DNA of 64,000 nucleotides from Saccostrea echinata (Eukaryota): contig NW_026889803.1 of NCBI RefSeq assembly GCF_033153115.1, positions 55,862,001 to 55,926,000 on the forward strand, given 5' to 3'. Shown one piece after another: positions 39,766-53,300 of the stretch; position 1 is the first letter of the stretch, and every line of letters begins with the position of its first letter. A model generated the notes under the pieces. That model worked only from the letters and a program-made list of their open reading frames with translations, did no database searches and was not told the origin of the DNA. A program made the position numbers and the translations under genes.

Positions 39766-40003
39766 CATGGCCGTAGGAACTGGGGGGGGGGGGGGGGCAT
39801 CCCCCCCCAATAATTTTGCCAATATATAAAGTACTATAGAAAACATAGATACTATATGCTTGTGCCCCCTCAATAAAAACGTCTGATGACCTTTTTTTTT
39901 TTCTTTTTTGCTTGTCAAGGAATTTCTGGTAGTTGATAGTGCCCCCTAAACTGAAAATGTATGGCTGTGCCCCCCCAAACTGAAATTGCTTCCTACGGGC
40001 CTG
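39766..40003. mobile_element. MITE with CA(T/G)G(G/C)CCGTAGG TIRs and 5-bp TSD (AAAAG)
   Basis: CATGGCCGTAGGAA ... TTCCTACGGGCCTG with AAAAG on both sides. Relatives at 58188-58506 and ~14700-14910. Confidence 0.75.
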
Positions 40004-40437
40004 AAAAGATTAGAGATCAATTGTAACAGGCTTTGGGTTAAAGTTTATGACAAATCTCTGTGGACCTTACAACAATCTAATTTTGATAATTTTTAATTTA
40101 TATATATTTTTTTTACTGCAGAAATTATATCAAATAAAGTATCACAAAAGAAAAGAATTCCACATAAGTGAGAAATCAATGGCACTAGGCACTTATATGG
40201 ATTTCTTTGTGGAAAAGAATTATAGTGAGCGCAGCAAGCGGCTCGATGCTCCGCTCGTCACTGTGAGCTCTAACAACAATGCCTGGGTGAAGAGAAAATT
40301 CGGATTACTGCACAATAATTCATTCAATAGAATTTTTTCGCAGTAATTCTGGACCCACAATGCATCACTTGTTGTTCTCACTGCTAACTTCATTCACGCG
40401 GTAACAACAACTAAATATTCATAAAAAATTAACTCAC

Positions 40438-40629
40438 CTTAATTTCACTCAGCACACCTGGGCCGATTCGTACCTCATCTAACCTCAGCTGTATCACGTA
40501 AACTTCCTTTGAACCGGAGCTATTTATATGCAATATGGCTGCATCCTATAATAACACGTGCACGGTGTGCTGAATTCGATCCGTTAACAAACATGTGATT
40601 ATGTAAAGATACTAGGTTCATTTTTCTTG
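40438..40629. promoter_or_regulatory. Putative bidirectional promoter and non-coding first exons of NPEPL1 (-) and GAN (+)
   Basis: Minus-strand donor AAG|GTGAGT at 40437 and plus-strand donor TG|GTAAGT at 40630, facing outward about 190 bp apart. CpG-richer patch with E-box CACGTG at 40555-40560. Confidence 0.55.
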
Positions 40630-41901
40630 GTAAGTGTTATTCTTAGTGTTACCTAAATGCTTTTGAAATTTTTTATCACATGTCAGATGCATGTTTGTTA
40701 TCATTTTCAAAGTGTTACATTTTCCCTAAGCGTCGCTTAGTAAGCAGTAAACAGACAGCCTTATCACAAATGTTAAGCGGAGACGCATATGAAGTTTCCT
40801 CATACAGCTGAGGTTTGATGAAGGTGACGGAATCAGCCGAGGTTTGCCAAATGACCTTAATTTAAAGGGATATTACATACAGATACTAGATTAAATGTTC
40901 TTTGTTAAAATTTTTGCACTTTTCAAACTTCGTTTATGGAAATGCAGCTAACATATGACGTCATGTGGCATCACAGTCTAGACGTTCCAAATGTCTCATG
41001 CAATTTGAAGAGGTGGATCTTAAAATCAAGTGAACAATGCACTCGCCCCAACGGTAGCACTGTCAACATATTATAATTTTTCATGCATCAAAGGTACATG
41101 TAATAGATAATATGGATGAAACTGTTTCAAATTTTGTTTTTCTTAAACTACGGAATATCCTCCATTTTCTTCTTTAGTAGGAAGAGGGATGTGCTTTCAG
41201 TACAAGAGGTTGGCAAGTATGTAAGCACATAAGAAGGGGCTGTTCTACAGGTAAGAGATTCAGCAAGTTCACAGATCTTTGTAATGGATGAGGAACTTGT
41301 AGTTAAGCAATCATGCAGGTACTGTGTCTTGAAAGGGGGTACATATAAGTCTAAAATAATTTTTTTCCTATAAAAGGGGCAGTGTATATATTGATTAAAA
41401 TACTCCCATTGCCAGCTTCAGCTGAGGAAATTCTGGAAAATGTCTCCATTTAGTATCCTGATTTTTAATTATCAAAAGTAAATGACAATACTTGGATTGA
41501 CATTCAGTCTAGAACATCCTTATTTTTTCTTACCTGTTGTGACTGATTCAGGAAAAACCGGGGCGGGTGGGTTGCACCGCAAACAGTGACAAGCAGAATA
41601 CTTGGAATTTTAAAAGTAAATCGTACCAGAGACATAAATATTTTTATACATGTCTCTGATCGTACCTTCAAAAATTCGTATATGTAACCCGATCATAAAA
41701 AACACCAAACAATAAACAATGTAAAAAAATTTCATGCTTATTATCTACTGGTTGTAAAAATAAGGAAAAATCTAGAATATTCTTATTTCCCAACTATACG
41801 ACTAAATCATGGAACACATTAATGCACACCGGCGACTCCACAGCTGATCAAATTTGTTACAATCAGCCAATTTTTGCATAAATGATTTATAAGAGATCAC
41901 A

Positions 41902-44900
41902 ATGTCGTATATCGTTGATGGAACTGATTCGGACCTCAATAGGCCACAAACATTTACATTTGAAAGGCACGCCAGTAAACTTCTATGTGCTTTGAACAGC
42001 ATCAGAAAGAAGAGACATTTCTGTGATGGATGTGTATTCATCGATGGAAAAGAAATACCTGTTCAAAAGGGAATTTTGGCAGCAGCTAGTCATTACTTCA
42101 GGCAAGAGACTTTCTTTGCAAATGCATGTTATTAGAATATTCATTTTTCTTAAAATGACAATCCAATCAAGCTAATGTAAGGAATTTGTTCAATTTACGT
42201 CCCTTGCCAAGTGACAAAATAAGAGGGTGGGAGACCTAAATAATGGAAATGGAAAAAGAAAAGAAAGAATGACTTTCACCTTTTGAGCTTGAATTAAATC
42301 GACTTTCTTTAGTTGATTCTTCACTTAAGTTGACTTTCTGACTTCAAAATCAACAGAGGAAGTTATTATATAAAATTTCATACCAAAAGCTAAAAAAAAA
42401 ATACAGTAACTTAAGTTATTGTCCGGAAACAATTTTATGCAATGTATGAATTTCTGACCTTGACCTTTTGATCTCAAAATGAATAGGAGTCTTCAAGTCG
42501 TAGGAAGTTATAATATAATATTTCATTGCAAAAACCCAGAGAACTTATGTTTTTCTAATCTATATTATAATTTATCACTTTTAAGTTTTCATATTTAAAA
42601 AAAAAAATGAAATTCTACCAGATGTCATATAACCATAAGTCTTCCTCTTTTTAGATTGGTATTTGATAAAGCTAATGATTGCAGCAGCTATATTGGTGCA
42701 CTGCCTGATTCTACAATGTCTGTGGCAGGTCTTAATTCTGGAGTTGTGGATTTGTCTCCTTTACAGATCACAGCAGACACATTTGAAATAATCTTGGATT
42801 ATTTGTATACATCAGAAATTGTTTTGGATGAGGAAAATATACAGAACATTCTCCAGGCTGCTGACCTTCTTTTATTAACAGATTTGAAACAGGCATGTTG
42901 TGAATATCTTCTGAAATGCATAACACCACAAAATTGTCTAGGAATCTGGGATTTTGCCTCAAGATTCAACTGTTCTTGGGTCCATTTAAAAGCTACACAG
43001 TTTCTTGAGAACAACTTCAGGTCAGTGAAACATTGCTATTGTGAAATCTTTTGAAAATGCCAGTATTTTCATCCACAGGTGGATACTTCTCTACTTGTAA
43101 AGCTTTCTTGTGTGTATATATATATATATATATCATTATGCGAAAACNNNNNNNNNNNNNNNNNNNNNNNNNNNNNNNNNNNNNNNNNNNNNNNNNNNNN
43201 NNNNNNNNNNNNNNNNNNNNNNNNNNNNNNNNNNNNNNNNNNNNNNNNNNNNNNNNNNNNNNNNNNNNNNNNNNNNNNNNNNNNNNNNNNNNNNNNNNNN
43301 NNNNNNNNNNNNNNNGGATTGTGAACATCATAAATCAGATGCATTTGTGCTCTTTGTTTATTTCAAATGAAGGATAGACAAAGATAAATCCACTATGAAG
43401 AGTCAAGATGAACTTTTGCTATCCCCCAAATGTTCATGTCAGTGTCCTGGTCAAAGTCTAAGAAGCAAGTCTGTTGTCAAGCAACTATAAGACTACCTTG
43501 ACTAATATTGCAATGATGATGTATCTAGGGATATATACTATACTACCAGTCATGCTTTGAATTTTGCATCTGACTTATTTTCCTGGATGATTGAACAGGT
43601 TGAAGTGTATGGATTAGGTCCAGCATAGATACTGTATACTTAACTTGAACCAAATTTGCATGGATTATGCATCAAGGATCTGACATTCTTTGGATGATGT
43701 ATCCTGCATGGATGATACATCTAGTGATGCACAATACTAGGCTTGCTTTGGATGATGCACCTTACTGACATTTTCTGCTGAGTGACCTGGTTAAAGGTTT
43801 TGAGCAGGTCCATTCCAAAGATATGGTAATTAATCCCTATCTTATTTGCCGAGACTTAATTATCTTTACTTAGGTAACTTTCATTGAGGTGAGTTTAGTG
43901 ATTTTTCAGCATCTATATTTTGGTTTTTGCCATTGAATTATATATATTTTTAGAAATATTATCAACTATGGAGAGTTTCTACAACTTCCCCATGACATGC
44001 TGACCACCCTTTTGTCTACTGACACACTCCAGGTCAGGACTGAGGGGGACATCCTAAACAGCATTATACGATGGATGAAACATGATGAGGAGAACAGGAA
44101 AGGGCACCTGTCAGATCTGATTAATAAATGTCTCAGGGTTCAGCTCCTCAGTGAAGACGCTATCCAAAGGTTAACAGAGATATATCCAGATATACACAAC
44201 CTTGGGATTCACAAAATGATTCAGGACAAATTACAAAGTCAGAATGGGCATACAGACCAACCAAGGGGGATAATCAATGTGCTTGTGTGTGCTGGAGGAG
44301 ATTCCAGAGTTATCCAGTAATTATGTGAAGTGATATCCTTTATTGAAAATTTCCAAAAATTAAAACATTTAGCAAAATAACATATAAATTAAATTTATGT
44401 TGTAGCAATTATGAGAAAGAGAGTGGAGTGAGGAGGGATGTTTACTGTTTTTCTGCCACACCCACTGGTAACAAATGGCTAGAGTTACCTCCCATGATGC
44501 AGAGTCGAAGTGCTCACAGTGTAGTTGAAGCAGGTACTCAAAACATGTAATATAGCACCAAGTCCTACAGGTTCTGTAATTCATTATCTCTTCTAGATAG
44601 TATTATTCATCTTTAGATTGAATTAAATATTTACTTTAAAAGGAAAATGTTCAGACCAGAGAAATTGTAATCTAAATGCACATGTAAATAGGATTGTTTA
44701 TCAATCACCATTTTAGGAAAAATTTGATTACTCAAAAGAAACAAATAAAGCACTTGTACATGTATCTTTGTACATGTATTTTTATTAGCGTGAAAACTTT
44801 CAAATACAGTCAAACCTTGTTATCTCAAACTCGATGGGACCGAGAAAAAACTTCAAGATATCCAAGGATTCAAGATATCAGGGGTAAAATACTTAGAGAA

Positions 44901-45888
44901 TAAGTGGTTGGAACTTCCAAATTACTTAGACATACCCATGGTATTCAAGATATCAGAGTTGGAGATATCAAAGTTCAACTGTATGTAATTAATGGGGTAA
45001 TTATTGATCAATTAGATGTTCATCTTCACAAAGATGTTTGTTACATTGCACTTTATATTTGTAGGAGGGTGTCTATATGCTATTGGGGGTAAGGATATAG
45101 AGGACAGAATACTGGCCACAGGTGAAAAGTTTGACCCCAAGGTCAACCAGTGGACTCAAATTAGTCTGATGAACCATGCAAGGTTTGGATTTGGTCTGGT
45201 TGCCGTTGAAGATAATATTTATGCTATTGGAGGCAGTAATGATATTAGAGAACCCACCACTTCTATGGAAGCATACAACATTTTTAGCCATAAATGGACA
45301 CCTTTACCAGAAATGAACCTGAGAAGGGTGTGGTCGGCCTATGCAGTAGTGGGCAAGAAGATCTATGTTATAGCTGGGGGAATGATTGGGAAGTTGTACG
45401 AGTCAGTAGAATGTTTTGATACTTGTACTATGACCTGGTCATCTGTCTGTCCAATGAGGGAGAGGAGATGTGATGCTAGGGCTGTAGCTTGTAGGGAGAA
45501 TATTTTTGTGTTTGGGGGTGTTAGGAGGTATGAATGTCCAAGTGCAATGCATGGAGGAAACAACATCAAGTTCTGTGGGACAGAAATTTACAACACCTGT
45601 CAAGACAGCTGGCAGCAGGTTCCCAGACAACAGGAGTTTCTATGCACAATGAATGACTCCTCCCAAATATTTTCTGTGGTGAAAAACGGAGATGAGATCT
45701 GGGTCATTGGGGACCTAGAAATGGGTGGAAGGTTTGAATGCATCAGAGCTTTTAATGTCTGTAGCAGGATATGGAGAACTGTTTCTGTGAGTGGTCCACC
45801 AAACCTACGTGGATACCCATGCTGTATGTTACACATACCTAAACAAGTCTTAAGAAAATTACCTAATTCTAAACCTCCAGTTCAGTGA
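41902..45888 (+). CDS. GAN: Gigaxonin (BTB-BACK-Kelch CUL3 adaptor, KLHL16), 626 aa
   Basis: Exons 41902-42101, 42655-43020, 43954-44316, 44406-44533 and 45065-45888 (1881 nt, open; first intron GC-AG). Gigaxonin-like strings DGKEIPVQKGILAAAS, QAADLLLLTDLK, GKLYESVECFD, CPMRERR and WVIGDL. Confidence 0.9.
43148..43315. other. Assembly gap (N run) in GAN intron 2
   Basis: 168 Ns. The ORFs called across it are artefacts. Confidence 0.99.
44807..44981. mobile_element. Tc1/mariner(pogo)-type MITE
   Basis: TA|CAGTCAAACCTTGTTATCTC...GAGATATCAAAGTTCAACTG|TA. Confidence 0.82.
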
Positions 45889-47569
45889 CAAATGTCAGAA
45901 TTGTGTGGTACAAATGTATATACTCCTCTTTGTATGTAGATGATCAGTTTTATGTATGAGATAAATATATACTGTACAGCATATTTAAATTTATTTTTCA
46001 TTTCAATTTTTTAAATTTTTATTATTCTCCACCGAGGGAAAAACGGGAAAATTGATTTGTGTGCTTGTCTGTTTATTTATTATTACTTGTGATTAATTTG
46101 GTTTCCAATTGTTATTTTTTATACATACATGTATCTAGAAATCAATAAAGCAGTGCTTGTTACATGTAAATTGCTTCTGGAAGATATTTTCAAAACCAAT
46201 GAAGTATTTGATCATTGGTGGGAGAGATAGATCAACCCAAACTTGAAAGGATAATTTGCTTGCTATGCATCATTACAATTAAATTCCTATCTTATATTTA
46301 CATTATTTTTCTGAGGAATTACTAAAAATTATGTCAATCAACTATCATTTTTGAAGCAAAACTGTTTGCACTATAGTTTTGATGTAAAGCATGCCGGTAT
46401 TATGATGTCAGAATGAAGATATTCATGCTCCTGCATCCATGGTAGTTCATCAGAAGATGAACCATTTTCTAATTTGCAAAGGATCTTTGGGAAAATATTT
46501 GAAAATATAAACATTTCTAATTATTTATTTGTTAGTAGTTTCGTATGTTATAGATCAGAATAAAATACAGTTTCACTGCTTGTGCTTCTAATGATGTATC
46601 AAAAACATAGATACAGGTAGTATAAAAGAATATACAAAGAAGTTGATTTCTATTCTGTTCAGTTCTTATCAGCTGTGCTGATATATGTGGAAATTTAATT
46701 AAGAGCTTAATTATCAATTAATGCAAGAAGCTTAGTACATACCAGGGTATGTAATCTGAAATAATGTGGACAAGAAAAGGAAATAAAGACATGTCTAAAA
46801 TGCATTTTTAATGTTATAATTATCTTTGAACTTCGATTGGCAGGCAGAAGCATGTCTTCTTTACAGACTATAATTCTTGAATATAAATGTTGACTTGTTG
46901 TTGATATAAGACACTGTAAATCAATTAAACACAAATATGAGAAGGTCCCTATTAATTTCCAAGGTCTTGGGACAGCTAATAATTTTCAAAGTTGGGTGAC
47001 TTATACCAAAACACAGATAAAATTTCTTTTCAATGATACATGGCTTTGCTGTGAATATTTCAAATTGGTACAATTTTCAGTAGTACTGCTGTACATTCCA
47101 TGAAAGCTTTGATAAATCAACTTCTGATCAAAATGCATTAAAATAAATCTTCCAACAGTTACAATGTAAACTTATGATAAAGATTTGTACTAATTTTTTT
47201 TTTTAATTAACTTCTGATTCTGAATATGGTATGTCTTTTTATTCATATAACAGATCATTTTAAAATAAGAAATAAATATCAATCATTGTGCAAAAACATA
47301 TTGTCAAGCTTTAAACACATTCTAAACAGCATTCTATATTTTGTAACATCAATCTTTGGCCACACTTACTGTAACTAGGTACAAAAAATATAATTCACCA
47401 TCAGTCAGAATCAGTGTACAATACAAGTAATATTGGTAAAATATCACTGAATGCTTATGTTACATATGCAGCATTAAGGTAGATAAGAATTTTAAATTCT
47501 CCATTGTTAAAAAAAATCAACAGATATTGAGAAAACAAATATTAAGCACTTAATTCTTTGTTACTGTCA

Positions 47570-48901
47570 TTATTCCTTTGTCCCTGTTGGGAAGTCTTTA
47601 TCCATGTGTTTCAGCATTTCTGTGAGATAAGTTTGTACAGTAGCCAGTGACGCCACAATAGCAGGAGACCCAAATCCGTGACAAATCATACTGAAACGGG
47701 TCAGAGGATTCTGGATTTCTGGGTCCAAAATATTCTGGGGTCTGGAGTTCCCAATAGGGGAACGATCTTGATTCAAAATGTCCATGAATTCTTTTAAAAT
47801 CTGTTTTGAGGCAATGATCATGTTTTTTCTTGCCATCTGTTCTTCAGGAATGTTGCTATGATACTTTTGAACATTATACTTGGCACATTGTCTTGACGGA
47901 AATTCGGTTTCACATAAATATCCAAAATCACGAGCTAGGCGAATGGCTTCCCCCTCCACTACAGATGTCAGAAGTGTCACCGGTGCTGACTTTCTTCTCC
48001 CTGCTGGTAGAGCCAAGCCAATCTTATCCAGCTTCTCTCGTAGGTTCTTGCCACCATCTTTGGACTTTGCCCTTCTGAGAACACCTCCCAGAAGTGATGC
48101 ATTGAGACACTCTGGTGCTGATAACCTTCTTTGGATCTCTGCGACTGTGACTTTGTATTTTGAGGTACTGCTAAGTAGAGAAAGACGTCCATCCACGAGA
48201 CAGAAAACATCAGCTGGACCAGTTGAACTAGACAGAGGCATGTCATGTGATCTAGATTCCTTGTGAGGTAAAAGTGCTCTCTGAAACTCCATCTGGTTGG
48301 AGATTTCCCTTGGAACATAACTTGTATCCTGAACTGGAGAATCATTGCTATTTGGAGAACCACTATAAGAAGACTCGGACGTGTGCAGATTATCTGGTTG
48401 CTGATTTGGCTCACTATACATGACGGGAAGATTTTCTATGTCATCTCTCAGGTAGGTACTAGGTTCTGGCTTGAACTCTTGGATTCCATTCAAGCTGTGT
48501 GAAGGATAATCGGTCTGCTGTGATTGGTAGAAGTTTATTGGAGGGTATTGTTCTCCATTATACTGAGAATGCTGGCTCGGGTATCTCTCCATTCCTGGAG
48601 GTTGTGAAATAAGGAATGGAGGTGGAAAGAACGGATACTCCACCCCCTGGCTGGTGGGGGGATATTGGGGCGGGAATCCACTGTGAGACTGGATACTGGC
48701 AGATGAATACACACCTTCGTGTGACTGACTGGAAGTTGGGTACAGCCCCCCTGAGAATGACTGGCAGGTCTGTGGGTACATCCTTGACTGTGATGTCAAT
48801 GCAGTATTACTCATTGATGTTAGATGTCCATTATGGGTTGAAGGATTATCAGAACATCCATTATAAAGTCCACTTTCACCAGCCTCCATTGCACTTTTCA
48901 T
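47570..48901 (-). CDS. TFAP2: Transcription factor AP-2 family protein, single coding exon, 443 aa
   Basis: Uninterrupted ORF with a P/Q/S/Y-rich N-terminus, then the AP-2 basic and helix-span-helix region ([50 protein letters not shown]...[20 protein letters not shown]...HGFGSPA). The paralogue subtype cannot be assigned. Confidence 0.95.
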   Translation of the reverse strand: MKSAMEAGESGLYNGCSDNPSTHNGHLTSMSNTALTSQSRMYPQTCQSFSGGLYPTSSQSHEGVYSSASIQSHSGFPPQYPPTSQGVEYPFFPPPFLISQPPGMERYPSQHSQYNGEQYPPINFYQSQQTDYPSHSLNGIQEFKPEPSTYLRDDIENLPVMYSEPNQQPDNLHTSESSYSGSPNSNDSPVQDTSYVPREISNQMEFQRALLPHKESRSHDMPLSSSTGPADVFCLVDGRLSLLSSTSKYKVTVAEIQRRLSAPECLNASLLGGVLRRAKSKDGGKNLREKLDKIGLALPAGRRKSAPVTLLTSVVEGEAIRLARDFGYLCETEFPSRQCAKYNVQKYHSNIPEEQMARKNMIIASKQILKEFMDILNQDRSPIGNSRPQNILDPEIQNPLTRFSMICHGFGSPAIVASLATVQTYLTEMLKHMDKDFPTGTKE

Positions 48902-50369
48902 TTATGTCATTCACAAATTAAAATCACAATTACAAAAACTATAAAAACAGTTACACACTGATCACTGGATTTTCATATAAAGCTATAACAACCTATCACA
49001 TTTGTATACTTCCTGTTGAATGATTCAGATTAAGGAATTTAGAAGACACTGTCTGTAAACTGTCCTGAGGATATGTATATACACCACACCTTACAATAAT
49101 ACTCTTCCACTCAGTAAGTCTTACTCTCTTTCACATGGAGTACAGATACTATCTCAATTAAACAGTGGACCAATCAAATGATGACACAGTAATGATAGGA
49201 GACACTGATAGGCAGGCCTAATTACGGGTAATTGACTGAGGTCAAAAGGTGTTTGTGCTGGTCCTACACAGGTGTGATAATGGGCTGCCAGACCAACTAC
49301 TATTATTTAATTAATTATTAAACTGTAAATCTAACTGGCTTAGGTACAGTTATTTCCTTTTAATTTCAACTATAAGAACTTTATATGATGATATTTCTTT
49401 AGCATATTTTACATACTTGAAATACTTTCAATTATAATATAAATTTAAAAATTGAATTAAAATGCTTCTTCATTTTACAAAGTAAATGAATGCTAAAAAT
49501 GTCACATGTTTACAAGAAGAATCATATCACTGGTCTTTTTTTTTCAATGATTTGTTACAAATGTTTGGTTAACTGTGTTACAATAGGATTCTGCTTCCTT
49601 TTCTATTTTGGAAATTAAAAATTTCAGATTATCACAAATAGCAAAGTGATAATTATGTACAAATTGAACATTTTACAAGAGAAACACCATACCATTAGTT
49701 CTGTAGAACATAATTTTCATCATAAGACTAGTACATTCTCCTCATGAACAAGTTAATGTGAACATGGAGGGGAAACATAACTACACATTAAAATATTGCA
49801 CTAATTTTACAATTAGAAAATGACATTACATGTACCTTAGATAATATATAATTTCAATTTTAATTGTAATATTTGATCATTAGATCAGTATTGCATTTAG
49901 AATCTTGATAATAAAATACAAACTTAAGCTAAAATTCTACAACTGGTAAAATGACATACAGATTTCAATGCACAGAATCAAAGTTTTTTTTTTTGACTAA
50001 GATATTTAATGAACTTTTTCAAGTAACAGTTTTTTTGTTCAACCAAATAAAGTTATAACAATTTTCAAAATTAAATTTGGAGATGCAATACTGATCAATG
50101 CATTTATACCTGACATACATGTAAGAGTCTCGTCCATCAATGTATACATACCTGATACATAACATACATACATGTACAAACAATTACCGGTAGATGGATG
50201 TAAAACATGGCAATACTCTCAGAAATTCCTAAAAACATCCACCTGCCTCAGACCTTATTTTAAAAATAATTCAATATATGGTCTAAAATACATAATTTTG
50301 TATATATTTGGCCTTTTAATTTCAGAAAGGTTTACTAGTATACATGTATTGGCTAAATAAAATGGACAC

Positions 50370-53300
50370 CTATAGAAGTTTCGGAATGGTGTTCATTTTT
50401 CTCTTCATCTCCTCGGATTGATCATCATCTTCATCATGTTCCCGGAATCCTTCGCTAGCCTGAGTCTTCCCCAGTAACTCCAGCATAGCCTTGGATTCTG
50501 GATCACTTTGTAAGATGCTCTTCTTTGTTCCCTTGAGAATAAAAAGTTTTAAAATGTAAATATTAGGGGTAAATTTCTAGTTTTCCATGTTAATGATGAT
50601 GATAAGCAACTTTACAACTTTTATAAATATCACGTTCACCGAGGTAAGTTATTGCCCCATAACCTCCTCCAAAACAGCAACTATTGTACTCACAGTCTGC
50701 TCCCCTTCATCATCACTATCCTCGTTCTTCTTCTCTGGACCCAGGGCCCAGACTTCAATAACGTCCACCTCAAACTCGGGGTCAGCTGATAGCTGAGGAC
50801 TGCCGTACGTCGTACACTTAGGTTTGGCTTTACTGTGGCCATGATTAAAGCTGCTGTCTATCCACAAACCAAAATAGTCCATCTGTCCCCCCATACCCTT
50901 TATAAAGGAAAGTCAAAGAAGAATAGAAATGAAATGAACATTTGAAATACATATACTTAAACAGCATCAAACAAAATGGCTATATTAGCACCAGCTTTTT
51001 GTCAGGTATATGATTAAAAGATTAGTAGAAATCTTCAGCAAAAATCTTTTAAGCAAGTATAAAAGTAGAGAGTTGATTTTTTTCTACTCTGTGAAATATT
51101 ATACCAGTCCATTAAGAAGTGTGGCCTGTCCTTGGTTGAGGTACATGAAGTTTTCATTGTACATGGTTGGTGTGTAGATCCCATACTGTGGACTCAGAGT
51201 AAAAAGAAAACATGATGAAGAACCTACAGAAATAATAATATATTGGGATATGATTATACATTACTATATCTGTAAAACTGTTGTCAAATTTTCATCAGTT
51301 TTGACTAGCTAGTGAACTTTTTCTTATATGTACATGTAAATATGCAGGATTTAGCAGTCTTGGTCTGTAAAACAACGTTTGAAATAAGAATGCCTAAAAG
51401 CATGCCATTTGTAATGTGAACAAATTCATTAACTGGTTCAGTTTCAATTTTGGATAACCTTGACCCTGCCTGTCCAAATGATGTTTGGTCAGTATCATGA
51501 TAAGTACATGTACATACCCCATGATCATTAGCTTCCTTTTTCACTGAGTAGGAACTTCTAAAGTTTTTCCATTACAAAATTATGGGTTGTACAAGAATTT
51601 CAAACTTCTAATCTCTGTGACCCTGACCTTTATTTATAACACTCTCTGACCTTTATTTATAACACTCTCTTTTGATGACAAATCTGCCACAATAATGACA
51701 TGTTTCCATTGTGCTGAGCTTTCACTGAATGTTTTTCCATATCATAGTTTGTTCACAATGACCTTGGTTCAAGGTTATCAAATACCCACCAGCCAAAAAG
51801 TTACCATCTGAAATCTCAGTGTTCTTTTTTGTAAGATCAAAGTAAATCGAGGTAGTTATTTGGTATTTATAAGTGAGACAATATTTTCAGAATTCTCGTT
51901 TTTGCTGCATGTAGTCTTTCATAAGAAGTTATACAGAAGAATAAAATTTTATGAGCAGAGGGTCTCTTGAAATTATGCTAAATAAAGTTCTGGTGAATAA
52001 AAAGTGATTTACAGTAGACAATAGACAAACAGAAAGAAGGCAAACTGGAAACAATACGACTCGTGATCTTCAATCTTGAGGCATAAATACAGCATTGGAT
52101 ACTGTACACAGGGAAATTTTAGCTGTCGTTTTATTTTTGCCACTTTCATCCTACTCACAGGTGGGTGAATTTAAAATGGGGCTAATTCAATGAACACAGT
52201 AGAATTTCTTAAACAGAACTGTGACTGAGCAAATTTAAAATGGGGCAAAATTGTTTGCAAGCGTAAAGGGTGAAAATAACCCTGTATACAGTATATAGAT
52301 AGATGCACACGAAAATGAGGTTTGCCCCCTACTATAAAAGTCTTACCATAAAATTTAGCCCTACACTCCCAGCTGTCAGCAGCCATTCCTCCAAACAGGT
52401 GTCCCTTCTTGTCCCTGATCACAAGTAGGGTGGGACCTTTATTTATAATTTGTGACAAAAGCTGAGAGAAGCTGTCTCCAAAAACAGAGTTGCTGAACAG
52501 GAACCGCCAATGTGACTGGTGCATGATGGGAAGGTTATAGTTCAAAAACAACACAGAATTGTGGTCGAGAACACTCCGGACTGCCTCATTACGATGACCC
52601 ACAAATACTGGGATTGGTACCATTGCTGAGATATTCTCCAATATCTCTTTTTTCTAAAATTTTGATTATTGTTTCAAAATTTGACTAATTTATAGAAAAG
52701 CTTAGTAGCAAAAAAGACAAATCTGAATTTCTTACATTCTCGAACTGGAACAAAATACTGCACACAGTATCAAAGATGTTCATAAAATGTGGTGTTTTGG
52801 ACATCCAGGTTTCTATGTCACTGATACACATATTCCAATTCTCACCACTGGCTGTAAGAAATATTCAAACATGTAATGAAATTTTATGGTAAGATAAACA
52901 TCAAATCATGAAAAAGCCCATGCAGGGCATCCTTACAGAGTTCATGTGTATTTGAAAATGCGTACAATTACAGTCAAACCTCGTTATCTCAAACTCGATG
53001 GAATCACAAAAAACCTCGAGATATCCAAGGATTCGAGATATCGAGGGTAGAATACTTAAAGAATAAGTGGTTGGGACTTCCAAATCACTTCGATATCCAT
53101 GGTATTCGAGACATCAGCGTTCGAGATACTGAAGCTCAAGTGTATTTAATCACAAAATTTTTACACTGTAAATTTCTGTGATATTTAGATAACCTTGATT
53201 CATGGTGATGACATCCTCTGATCATAAAAAAATGTTTACCAAAATGTAACAGAATGACCTTTGAACATTCCTCTGTTACTAAACTAGACATTAAGTTTAT

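Noticed and set aside
43017-43377. Five overlapping ORFs
   Set aside because: Artefacts of translating an N gap.
47830-48921. Antisense and alternate-frame ORFs overlapping AP-2 (and those overlapping the GAN kelch exon)
   Set aside because: Shadow ORFs of real coding sequence with no independent support.
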